Part shown: piece after piece, positions 32,261-42,990 of the stretch
How positions within the stretch are numbered: the stretch's first letter is position 1
Layout: each line of letters begins with the position of its first letter
Source: Candidatus Bathyarchaeota archaeon
Lineage (GTDB): Archaea; Thermoproteota; Bathyarchaeia; Bathyarchaeales; Bathycorpusculaceae
Length of the DNA stretch: 64,000 bases
Direction: 5' to 3'
Assembly (NCBI GenBank): GCA_963717465.1
Contig: OY970340.1
Coordinates: forward strand, 576,001 to 640,000
The notes under the pieces: generated by a model
The model's database searches: none
Told to the model about the DNA's origin: nothing
The model's input: only the letters and a program-made list of their open reading frames with translations
Program-made: the position numbers and the translations under genes

Positions 32261-33319
32261 GCGAGGCATGCCAGCAAGAAAGAGCATTAGTCTACTGCGA
32301 AAGAGAATATCTGAATGCAAACGGCAAGACAGCTCACGGACTTGTACGGTACACAACAAGATACCAAATCGTAGGCGTCGTTGATTCTACTGCTCCTGAG
32401 GGAGACGCAGGAGAAGCATTAGATGGAAAGAAGAGGGGAATCCCACTATTCCACGATTTAGAAGAAGCAAGTGAAAAAACTAAGCCAGACACGTTTATAA
32501 TCGGAGCAGTTTCTGAAGGAGGCATTCTTGCCAAAAGGCTACGATAAAGCAGTCATTTATGCTTTGCAGCAGGGCTTAAATGTTGTTTCAGGACTGCACC
32601 AATTTATCTCGGATGATGAAAGGTTCACTTCAATAGCTGACAAAAACGGCTGCAAAATCACAGATGTCCGCAAAATGTTTAGAGACCACAAACGCTTCTA
32701 CACAGGCGAAATTAGCAAAGTAGGTTCAACCAGAATTGCCACTTTAGGCACAGATTCAGCCATTGGCAAGAGAACCACAGCAGTCACGTTAGTCAACGAA
32801 TTGAGGAAACGCAAACGCAAAGCTGACATGATTTACACTGGACAAACCGGATGGATGCAAGGTTGGCCACATGGAGCAGTCATCGACGCCGTGATAAACG
32901 ACTTCGTTTCAGGCGAAATTGAAGGAGCAATAATCGATTCTTGGAGAGATGAAAAACCCGAATTCATAATAATCGAAGGACAAGGAAGCTTGGTTCACCC
33001 ATTCTTCCCAGGCGGATTTGAAATATTAGCTGCGGGACAAGTTCACGGCTTCACGTTGCAAGATGCCCCTGGCCGTCCATGCCTTGATGGTTTCCCAGGA
33101 TACCCAATGCCTGATCCAATGCGGGTGGTAAAGATAGCTAAACTTCTTTCACAACGCCCACTCGTTGGAATAAGCATCAACCATGAACACTTATCAGATG
33201 ATCAAGCTAAAAAAGCCAAGGCTAAGCTGCATAAGAGATTCAAGGTGCCTGTGGAAGACCCAGTAGTTGATGGCGTTTCACAGATCGCTGATGCCATCGA
33301 GAAACTCAGGGATGGTTGA
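32257..33319 (+). CDS. DUF1611 family protein (DgcN-like), frameshift near 32530
   Basis: GKTAHGLVRY, VSGLHQF, GTDSAIGKRTT, TGQTG, IEGQGSL. Confidence 0.85.
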
Positions 33320-34767
33320 TGCAACGAACATTCAATGCTTCAATTCTATAGAGGTTCAAGACCCAGAAGATTAACGGAAAAGCTGTAAGCACCAAAATTA
33401 CCCTCGAAAAAGTTAATGGTAAAAGCTTCGTTTTTGATCTTCTCGTCAAGTACGAGGAAACAGTATCGATGGATCATTTGGCTTTTTTGAGATTGGCAGC
33501 GGTTATGCCTGTTCTCAATTACGGGCTTTTTACTGAAAAAATCACGTTAAAATATTCACTATCCAACTCTGATGTTTCGCTCTTGGAGGATCTTTTGGAC
33601 ATTTTCAGCAAAGACATATTCATCAACAAGCTGATACGTAGAAAGAACCCCTACATTCTACCTGAATTCAGATTATCAGAGGAAGACGCAACAGAAGAAA
33701 ACGCTAAGCCACTAGCACGCTTAATCCCAGCAGCTCTCACTGAGGACACGCCTCTGAGTTCAAAGCTTGATGCAAACTCATGCGGGGTGCTTTCAAGTAG
33801 CGGAAAAGAGAGCCTCTTGACTTACGCTATGTTAAAGGAGATTGGAGCAAAAGTTTATCCCTTGTACATCAACGAGAGTGGAGGACACTGGCGAACTGCA
33901 CTTCCGGCTTACCGTTACCACGCGGCAAACGAGCCTAATACTGGGCGAGTCTGGACGAACGTTGACAGGTTTTACAGTTTCATGCTGGATCATATGAGAA
34001 TCATTAGATCTGATCACAGACACGTTTGGTCAGATACTTACCCCATTCAGATTATGCATATTTCCAGTCTACGTGTTTGATTTGCTGCCAGTATTCGCGT
34101 CAAAGAAAATTGGCAACTTGTTGATCGGAAGTGAATTTGACGATCCCCGTATTTCTCCCTTCTACAAGGGAATAAAGCATTATTACGGCGTCTACGACCA
34201 AACGCAAGACTTTGACTTAAGAATGGAAAAATGGTACAAAAAGCGGATGCCGGAAATGCGCCAATGGAGCGCGGTTAGACCAGTTTCAGGACTCATTGTG
34301 GAGAGAATATTAACGAAGCGATACCCAGAACTTGCCAAGTATCCAGCGTTCATGTCACAGCGTCCACTTCCAAAGCAAAGACATTGTGCCATGCGGCGAC
34401 TGCAGCAAGTGTCTTGGAATTCAATTATTCCTTCGCGCTAACAACGTTAACCCCGCCATCATGGGCTACAGCAAAAAAGGATATCGACCTGTTCTCGAGT
34501 CGATTTGCAAAAGGCGGGCTGCGGCTTGATGAGGATGAACGTGAGCATGCTGCTTTTCTCGCAAGCAAACACGACTCCACGATAAAGGGCACGGAGCATC
34601 CTCATGTTGAAACCATCCACCTTAACAATAGCACAGGCGACTTGCAGCTTGTACCAAGGCAGTTTCGAGCGCCTATTTTGAAGATAATCAAGCAGTACAC
34701 AAATGGCTTTACGAAACTGGAAAAAGATGTTTGGGTGCCGACTAATGAGCCGCATCTAGAGGCTTAA
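33312..34767 (+). CDS. PP-loop adenylating enzyme (QueC/MurL-like), several frameshifts
   Basis: VLSSSGKESLL PP-loop-like motif; QRSCHS...PCGDCSKC Zn motif; pieces join across about four shifts. Confidence 0.7.
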
Positions 34768-35224
34768 TCATGCGTATGGCGTCATGTGAACCGTTGTGCT
34801 CAAAGCGGTAGTAACCAGCAATTCTATGTTTGATCGTGTAACCAGCTTTTTGATATAGCTTGATCGCGGCATGGTTTCCTTCAGACACTTCTAGCTGAGA
34901 TATCTTCTTCCCATGCTCCTTCATGTCATTTTCAGCGGCCACAAGAAGCCTTCGCCCTACACCTTGCCTTTGAAAATGTGGGTCGACATCGATGGTTTCG
35001 ACGTTGCCGATTTGGCTGCGCTTGCGATAAGTAATGATGATGAATCCGTGTAAGGTGCCGTTTTCAGTTTCGACGAGAGTTGAACTGTTGGCTTTAAGGA
35101 TTAAATGTGCGAGTTGACGCTTAGAATAAGCCGTTAGTCCTGGAAAGGAAGCCTTCTCTATTTGGTAGATTGCTTCGATGTCGTCGATTTTTGCTAGACG
35201 AATTAACCTTCTGTTTTTTTCCAT
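34742..35224 (-). CDS. RimI-like GNAT N-acetyltransferase
   Basis: IDVDPHFQRQGVGRRL, LEVSEGNHAAIKLYQKAGY. Confidence 0.88.
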   Translation of the reverse strand: MEKNRRLIRLAKIDDIEAIYQIEKASFPGLTAYSKRQLAHLILKANSSTLVETENGTLHGFIIITYRKRSQIGNVETIDVDPHFQRQGVGRRLLVAAENDMKEHGKKISQLEVSEGNHAAIKLYQKAGYTIKHRIAGYYRFEHNGSHDAIRMIKPLDAAH

Positions 35225-35343
35225 ATGTCAAATTCTTGCAAGTTAAGGCTTGAACCAGGTTCTTGCAGTCAAATGAGAAAAGGGAGACTAACATATTTAT
35301 TTCGGCTTTAATGGTTCAATTATTGAATTAGAAGTGAAATGGC

Positions 35344-36280
35344 TTGAAAGAAGCAATCAAAGACCACGAATTCAAAGGCAAAATGAGCGTGAATGAGCTC
35401 GTCTTGCAGATGGATAAGGCTTGGGGTTTTACAGCTGGCAAACTTGCCGTTGGTGTAAACATCCTTGAAAGCATGATTAACGCCGAAAGGTTGCGTAAAG
35501 TTTCTTTCTTTTACGGGTAACCTTGTTGCTACGGGCACTCGCGGCGTAATAAGGGAGCTTGTGAAACGCAAACTCGTAGATGTCGTAATAACTACCTGTG
35601 GGACATTGGATCATGATATGGCACGTTGCTGGAAAGACTACTACAAAGGCAGTTTCGTAATGAACGATTCTAAACTGCATCAACAAGGCGTAAACCGCTT
35701 AGGAAACGTACTCGTCCCCAACGACAGCTACGGCATAGTGATCGAGCAGAAAATGCAAACTTTGCTAGGAGATTTGTATAAAGAGGGTAAACGTGAGGTT
35801 TCAGGCAGCGAATTAATCCGTGAAATCGGCTTACGCTGCTGCAATGAAAGCTCGATTCTTTATTGGGCAGCTAAAAACAAAATTCCAGTATTTGTGCCGG
35901 GCATAACTGACGGCGCAGTGGGTTATCAAACATGGTTCTTCAGTCAAGACCATGATTTCAAACTTAACTTACTTAAAGACGAAGGTGAACTCAACAACAT
36001 CATATTTGATTCCCCGAAAAGCGGAGCCTTAATCGTCGGTGGAGGAATCTCAAAACACCACACAATCTGGTGGAACCAGTTTAAAGACGGATTAGACTAC
36101 GTCGTTTACATCAGCACCGCAGATGAGTGGGATGGCAGTCTCAGCGGCGCAAGACCACGCGAAGCTGTATCATGGGGAAAAATTAGTGAAAAAGCCAAAC
36201 GCATAATGATCGAAGGTGACGCAACAGTGATCATGCCCATAATGACTTGCGCACTCGTTGATAGGCTAAAGAAAAAATAA
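35344..36280 (+). CDS. dys: Deoxyhypusine synthase, frameshift near 35488
   Basis: TTG start at 35344; FLSFTGNLVATG, NRLGN, GGGISKH, DGSLSGARPREAVSWGK. Confidence 0.92.
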
Positions 36281-36373
36281 AAACAACCAATAGTCTTAAT
36301 ACCATTTTTTGATACATCATTTGCTAATATGCAATGCACAAGATTTATTTGATTAAAGTTTCAAGCGTAGCTC

Positions 36374-38312
36374 ATGAATGGAACTGATGATTCAACACTT
36401 GAATATGATGATCCATCACTTGAGTATGACCCTTGCAAAAAGCAGTATAATTTTCTTTTTGCAATAACTGGTTCGATGAGAATTGTCGCTAATGATGACA
36501 AAAATAGTATTTTTAAAAACTCAAAATACCCGAGAGAACTTCCAGAACTCGATAAACGACTTAGCTCAATATTTAGTGATATGTTTGATAGTTTTAAACT
36601 CAAAAATCTTCAAGAGTTTTTTACCTACTTTCAATCCTGTCCTTATGAGAATGTATTGGAAAGAATTGAAAGAAGAATAGAAGAGGAAAAGTCGAATAAT
36701 TTTATTAGTTACACGATTCCTTATCTGCCATGCAAAGCCATTGATTTCAAGGATAATAAAGAATATCAAGTTTGCAATTGGGATAATGAGAAACTGTATC
36801 TTAAAGCCGCAAATAAAATACACTCTTCAATAGTCCCAAACCTTGAAAGCGAACAAAAACGTTTACTTTTTAATGAGTATGTGATAGTCGATTCGGATCT
36901 TGAAGAATCAAAGTCAAATTCTTCTGACGATTGGAAAGTTGCTTACGATATACTTCTATGTCTTGGGCGCAGAAGAAGCGGTATTTTTTCGCGAAAACTA
37001 GCAGTGCGTGTATTCAACCTATGCCTACCAGTAGGTAGAATTAAACCGAAAGACCCTTTGAGCTTTTCCGAGAGTCAAAAATCTTTTCAAAGCGAAGTTT
37101 CGAGTTATGTCATAGTTCCTATTGTAACATTAAATATCGCTCCTCACTCTGCTTCCGACGAAAAACCGAAATATTTCAGAGATACAGTATCAGTCAGCAT
37201 TATAATGGCGCCAGTCGATGAGAAAAACGAAAAAGCTCGAAGGGTATCTGTACACGAAATTGCTCATATCCGATCCGATACCGAATTTGAACTTATCAAT
37301 TCACCGTTGAAAAGTTTTATCGATGAATTTAAAAAGAAAAATAAAGAAATAAATATAGATGATTTTACAAAATCAGGAAAAAGTCATTGTCTCTTAAGAA
37401 CAATTTGTAAAATTATGTTTTTTACTCTAGGAAAAGGATTTAAGAAAAATGAGAACCAGTCTGATATTTGGACAAATATTTTCGATCAAATTGAGTGTTC
37501 AACTCATTTTACCCAATCAATTTTTAGGTGATTCTCTTGATAATCTTACTATTAGTCAATTTTACACTTACCCGGATAAGTGCGTCATAAGAGAGGAATT
37601 AAGAAATATAATATCACCGGAAGAAATTCTTCCCGATAGGATTAAGCATCCTCATCCAGATACCATTAATTTTAAAAGTATACTTGTGATTGATAATGCA
37701 AAAATTGATTCAAACCATTTATCTTTTTATAAAAAAAGAGATTCAATGATTACCATATTCAAGGGTCGTGTAAATGAAGATTTCCCCAATTATTCAATGA
37801 AGTGGAGTTTATTTTGGAATCTTTACATGAGTATTAGCCTGTCATTCCTCCATGCAAAAATTGCATCAATCTACAAAAAACTTGAAAAAGACCACGAAGA
37901 ATCAGAAATGTTATGCACTATTGAAACTGACATGGTTCAGGACCTCGATGAATTTTATGACCTGGATATTAGACAGCCGCTCTATAAGGAATTTTATGAG
38001 AGAATGAAGAATATTGACGGCGTAAATCGAGACTTCAAAATGCTAAAAGAAAAACTCAAAAACCTTAAAAGCAATGCATTGTTAATAGAAGAAAAACGCC
38101 TTAATGAGCGTATTGAATCACTTACGGGTATCTCTGTTTTTGTTGGAATTGCTGGCGTGCTCCTTGGTTTATTCATAGCTATGAAGGAGCTATTGGGAGC
38201 TTTTATTGCAGGCATTATCGTGGTGATGTGTCTAATAATTTTCGTGCTGCGTAAGAAAATTAAAAAAGTCTTGACAGGAAAGCAGATTGCTCCACTTCAG
38301 CGAAAAAGTTAA
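36374..38312 (+). CDS. AT-rich hypothetical membrane protein, probably one gene with a frameshift near 37500; two C-terminal TM helices
   Basis: Overlapping ORFs 36374-37531 and 37449-38312; coiled-coil then hydrophobic hairpin. Confidence 0.6.
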
Positions 38313-38341
38313 AGAGGCTTGGTTGAAAAAAGTTAAAGTGT

Positions 38342-39406
38342 TTAGGTTACGTCTTTAAATATCCAGCTCATGTCTGGTCCTTTTCGTTTTTCTGGAACTC
38401 GCTCGCAGAGTGCGTGTGCTATTAGTGGTAGTGCGATTGTGGCGTCGCAGTAGCATACTGCTCTTGTCCCTGCTTGGCTGTTGATTTTGCCCCAGCTGAT
38501 TGCCTCTTCAAGTGTGCAGCCTGATAATCCGCCCCATTGTGGAGCGTCAGTGGTTATTTGTATTGCATACTTGTGTGGGTAGTAGTATTCTTGTAGGCTT
38601 TTTCTTAAGCCGCCTTTTCTTCCTTTCACGCCTTGATCTTGAGTCATCGGTGAAACTGAAATGGCTATGAGTTGTGTGAGGTCTTTTGGTACTCCACCGC
38701 CGATATAGACGACGCCGACATCCTTAGTTCTTGTTCCGATACTGATGAACTGGTCAAACTCTTTAACAGAGTCAAGAACAACGTTGTGCCCCTGATTCTT
38801 AGCCATAAGGAATGTTTCGCCATAGGCACTGTCAACCATTGCTGGACTGAAAATGGGGACCCCATTTTCTGCTGCGACTGCGCTTATGGCTGGAATTTTT
38901 TTCTTGCCAAGATACTTGCCAAGCAAGTATAGGAATTCTGCTGAAGTGTAATTATAATTAGTTTTCAGGGTCATGACGAAGTTTGTTACCACTTCTTCCA
39001 TTTTACGGTAATCTGTTTCTTTGCCGAAAACGTCGTAATACCTGTTCACGTCTGCTTTTAGCAACGCTTCATCATCAACCATGTGGCTGCCTTGCCAGTA
39101 ACCAAGACCCATGGCATCAACTATATCTTCGGAAACATTGGCGCCGGTGGAAACTAAAACATCGATGAAACGGTTCTCCATGAGCCAATTAATAATTGTC
39201 CATTGACCAGCGGTACTCATGGAACCGGCAAAACCCATGGCAATCGTTAAGTCTTTTTCCTTTAACATGTTTTCCCAAACATCAACTGCTTCCCCAAGTT
39301 TCCTTCCTTGATAAGCAGTTTTGCTCATTTCGGAAAGAAGCTGTGAAACACTTTTCTTTTTAACCTTAATAGGCTCAAGCTTCTTTTTGAAGTACATGTC
39401 ACTCAA
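38342..39406 (-). CDS. Deoxyhypusine synthase-like protein, second paralog
   Basis: LVSTGAN, IGGGVPKD, WGGLSGCTLEEAISWGK, CDATIALP. Confidence 0.9.
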   Translation of the reverse strand: MSDMYFKKKLEPIKVKKKSVSQLLSEMSKTAYQGRKLGEAVDVWENMLKEKDLTIAMGFAGSMSTAGQWTIINWLMENRFIDVLVSTGANVSEDIVDAMGLGYWQGSHMVDDEALLKADVNRYYDVFGKETDYRKMEEVVTNFVMTLKTNYNYTSAEFLYLLGKYLGKKKIPAISAVAAENGVPIFSPAMVDSAYGETFLMAKNQGHNVVLDSVKEFDQFISIGTRTKDVGVVYIGGGVPKDLTQLIAISVSPMTQDQGVKGRKGGLRKSLQEYYYPHKYAIQITTDAPQWGGLSGCTLEEAISWGKINSQAGTRAVCYCDATIALPLIAHALCERVPEKRKGPDMSWIFKDVT

Positions 39407-39575
39407 TTAATTTGCACCTCGAAGTAAATTATTGGGCTTGTATATGAAATTTGTCATTACAAGAACATTCAAAAAAAGAGAAACGTTTTTCAAAAGAATA
39501 TTAAACTTTGATTAGAAATAATGTATATCAAAAAACTTTAAACAACCCACTAAACACTATGCTTAGAGGAAAGTT

Positions 39576-40091
39576 ATGGGCAAGCAGAATACGCGGGCTA
39601 AGAAAGATCAGGAAAATTTGAAGGTTTTGTTTGCTCTGATAGCGCTTGGCGGCAAAAGCGATAGAGAGATTGCCAAGATCTTGAAAATGAGCAACGCAAC
39701 GTTGTCTAGGCGAAAAAAGAAGCTGGAGCAAGAGGGTTACATAAGGGAACACACGGTAATACCTGACTTCCACAAAATGGGACTAGAATTCATCGTATTT
39801 TCATTCGCAAAAACCACGGATGTAATAACACCAGCACAAGTTGAAGAAGCACAAAGCTTGATTAATAAACAGCCCGAAGTGCTATGCCTTCTGGAAGAGC
39901 GCAGCTTAGCAGGAACAAACTGGGTTGCCGTGTCCGTACACAAGGATTACAACAGTTACTTGGAACTATCTGAAAAATTGCAAAGAGAATCAACGTTCAG
40001 ACCAAATGTGGAAACGCACAGCTTCATGTTTTACACCGGCAAAAAGTTTCCAAAAACATTCTCACTACGAAACCTGGAAACACTATTCTAA
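39576..40091 (+). CDS. Lrp/AsnC-family transcription regulator
   Basis: SDREIAKILKMSNATLSRRKKKLEQEGYI wHTH, IPDFHKMG. Confidence 0.85.
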   Translation: MGKQNTRAKKDQENLKVLFALIALGGKSDREIAKILKMSNATLSRRKKKLEQEGYIREHTVIPDFHKMGLEFIVFSFAKTTDVITPAQVEEAQSLINKQPEVLCLLEERSLAGTNWVAVSVHKDYNSYLELSEKLQRESTFRPNVETHSFMFYTGKKFPKTFSLRNLETLF

Positions 40092-40126
40092 ATATAAAAA
40101 CTTTCTATCATTAGGTCCAATGTTAA

Positions 40127-40234
40127 TCACTGCCCGACAGCTCAGACCAGCTTAACCCAGAACTAGGCGCATGGTGCTTCAAAGCAAACCTAGCAAAAGT
40201 GTACTCAGCCAACATTGGACCAATGGGACCATAA
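40127..40234 (+). pseudogene. Orphan 3' end of a paralog of the downstream Mo/W oxidoreductase
   Basis: Reads SLPDSSDQLNPELGAWCFKANLAKVYSANIGPMGP*; 57 bp identical to 42881-42937; followed by a T-tract. Confidence 0.85.
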
Positions 40235-40632
40235 ACCGAAAATCTTTCCTTTTTCTTTCCTTTTTCCTTTTTTTAAACTCCAGACTATGCCTGTTTATGG
40301 CTATGGCTATTTTAGAAGATGAAATAACGTACTAACTCGCATGCATAAGATAGACTGAGTTCTGCAATTTCCATAATATATGTTATATAAAGTGGCAGAA
40401 ACTGCAAAGAATTTGTTTTATATAAACAGAACCTTATTAGACCTTAAACATTATTAAAGAAAATAGTTCAATTATGTAACAATGTTACGGATTAAAAGAG
40501 AAAGTGTTCTGTTTTGTCGCAAAAAGCGTAATGCGCTTATTATCTAACCTTAAATAGCCATCAAACCGCATATAGGTTATTTCGTCCTAAAAACAAAATA
40601 AAAATGGGAGATAAACAAAGATAGGAGATTGA

Positions 40633-42949
40633 ATGATGAGTGTAAAGGTTGAAGATATAAAGAAATTCGATGGACAACACAGATGCGTCTGCGGTTTCTG
40701 CAGTACTGGATCTTGTCAATTGCTTGAAATAGTTCAAGACGGTAAGATCGTTAAGGTTGAGCCTGACTGGGAAAGCCCGTTTAATCCTGGGCCGTACTGT
40801 CAGAAGTGGAAGTACAGCTTAGAATACATTTACCACAAGGACAGGCCGAAGTACCCAATGAAGCGCATTGGCAAACGCGGCGAAGGCAAATGGCAAATAA
40901 TATCCTGGGCTCAGGCATATAGCGAAATATCAGCTAAAGTGAAGGAAATCGTCGCAAAATACGGCGGCCCATCCGTATGTGGCTTCTTTGGCACAGGCCG
41001 AGCCGCAAACTTAGGTCTAGGACTGGCTATTTTCCACGTATTAATAGGCAGCCCGAACTTTGGCTCTATAGCGGCTCAGACATGAGCCGGACCCACGAAC
41101 CAAGCCTTAGGATTAGGCTATGGCGTGGGAATAACATATGCAATGATTATCCCAGGTAAGACAAAAGGTATCTTTACAATTGGCACAAACCCAAGTGAGT
41201 CATGGACGTATTCATGGCCCGCATTCATTGCAGGATTAGAAGCTGGCACAAAAATGCTCAACGTCGACCCAAGATTCACGGAGACAACCAGACATTCTGA
41301 AATGTGGTTAGCGCTTAGACCCGGAACTGACACGGCCCTACTGATGGCTATAATTAATGTCATCATAGAAGAGGATCTATACGATCATGAATTTGTGGAA
41401 AAATGGACCTTTGGATTTGACAAGCTAAAAGAAAGGGCTAAACAGTATACACCTGAAAAAGCTGCGGAAATAACATGGGTTCCAGCTGAAAAAATCAGAG
41501 AAGCAGCCCGATGGATAGTGAAAAACCAGCCATGCACATTCCCATATGGCTATGCAATCGAATCAGCAGGCAGGAATTCTCTAAGCAATGTCCGCTCCAA
41601 ATATATGCTACCTGCATTAACTGGCAACATCGACATAGAAGGCGGCGAATACCTTCACGCAAAACCGAAATTCCACTCAGTTGTTGAATCAATGCACGAC
41701 ATAGTTGCGTTAGCAGATACGGATTCAATGATGAAACAGGTAGGAATAGACAACCATAGGGCGCTAAACTTCTATATTCATCCTCTGATGCAACAGGCAA
41801 GCCGATGGAAAAGGATACTGGGGTGACACTCACTCCTCAGGATCAAGAGGTCCAAACTTCTGCAACTTTATGGATACAATGGTATCGGAGAAACCCTATC
41901 CAATCAAGGCTATGCTATCCGGTGAAGTAGGTCCAATGAGGAATTATCCAAATATAAAGAAGGTTTATGAGGGTCTCAAGAAGCTTGAACTCTTCGTGTA
42001 CATTGAAGACGCTCAAATGACTCCTGAAGCCATGCTAGCAGACTACGTACTACCTGGCACCAGCCAATTCGAAAGACCTTCCGGCTATGCAACTCTTACT
42101 GGTCAAGGCGAGATTGAATTTGAGATTGCAGGAGACCGCGCAATGGCAAGCAAGATACCTGGTCTGTGGGATCTTGAAGACGATACGATCATATTCCGAA
42201 ACCTCGCTGTCGGAGTACTTGGTAAGGAATTAGTTGATAAAGTTTGGAAATGGAAGACTCCCGAGGAATTCCAAGACTGGTTCTACGAACCCGCAGGTTG
42301 GACTCGAAAACAAGTTATTGAGGAATGGAAAGGTGTACCACCATATGAGCCCAGATTCAAGAAATACGAGGAAGTTAACCCAGAGACTGGACTGGTTAGA
42401 GGCTTTGGTACTCCTGAGGGCAAAGTTGCGTTCTACTCGACTATTCTTGAGCAGATTGAATACGATCCGTTGCCGTATTATCAGGAATGCGCTTGGACAC
42501 CAATTAGTGCACCTGATATTGCAAAAGACTACCCATTCATTATGACTAGTGGAGCCAGATTCCAAGAAGCCCACCATGGCGAACTACGACACATCAGCTT
42601 AATGCGGCATTTGCGTCCATTCCCACGTGTAAAGATGCACCCACTGACAGCACGCAACATGGGTATCGGAGACGGCGAATGGGTCTACATTGAAACACCT
42701 GTTGGCAGATGCATGCAGCAAGTACGGTACGATTTCGGAGTTAACCCAAAGGTAGTTTCTCCTGAACATGGCTGGTGGAGACCAGAATTGCCAGCTGAAG
42801 AACCAACACTGTACGGATGGACAGACTGGAACATCGACGTAACAATTCCAAACGATGATGAACAACTCAGCCCAGAACTTGGCGCATGGTGCTTCAAAGC
42901 AAACCTAGCAAAAGTGTACTCAGCCAACATTGGACCAGTAGGTCCATAA
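40633..42949 (+). CDS. Mo/W-bisPGD oxidoreductase (DMSO reductase superfamily, acetylene-hydratase-like) with in-frame UGA at 41083 (candidate Sec) and one +1 frameshift near 41800
   Basis: CGFCSTGSC...C [4Fe-4S], RPKYPMKR.GKRGEGKW, VDPRFTET, LRPGTDTAL, ADYVLP, C-terminal MPT-dinucleotide domain (HGWW). Confidence 0.9.
41092..41129 (+). promoter_or_regulatory. Candidate SECIS-like hairpin just 3' of the in-frame UGA
   Basis: CCCACG/CGTGGG, AA bulge, CCA/TGG, A bulge, AGCCT/AGGCT, loop TAGGATT. Confidence 0.6.
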
Positions 42950-42990
42950 ATTAAATTTTTCCCTTTTTGTTTTTTCTTTTTTTTCTTTTG
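42950..42990 (+). terminator. Oligo-T terminator
   Basis: Dense T-tract directly after the stop codon. Confidence 0.6.

Noticed and set aside
41824..41826. Second TGA in the Mo/W enzyme as another Sec
   Set aside because: The continuation (ADGKGYWGDTH...MDTMVSEKPYP) is in the +1 frame from about 41800; this TGA is only a by-product of the indel.
40127..42949. Duplicated gene tail as a diversity-generating retroelement TR/VR pair
   Set aside because: Mismatches are not adenine-specific, are mostly synonymous, and no reverse transcriptase is present.
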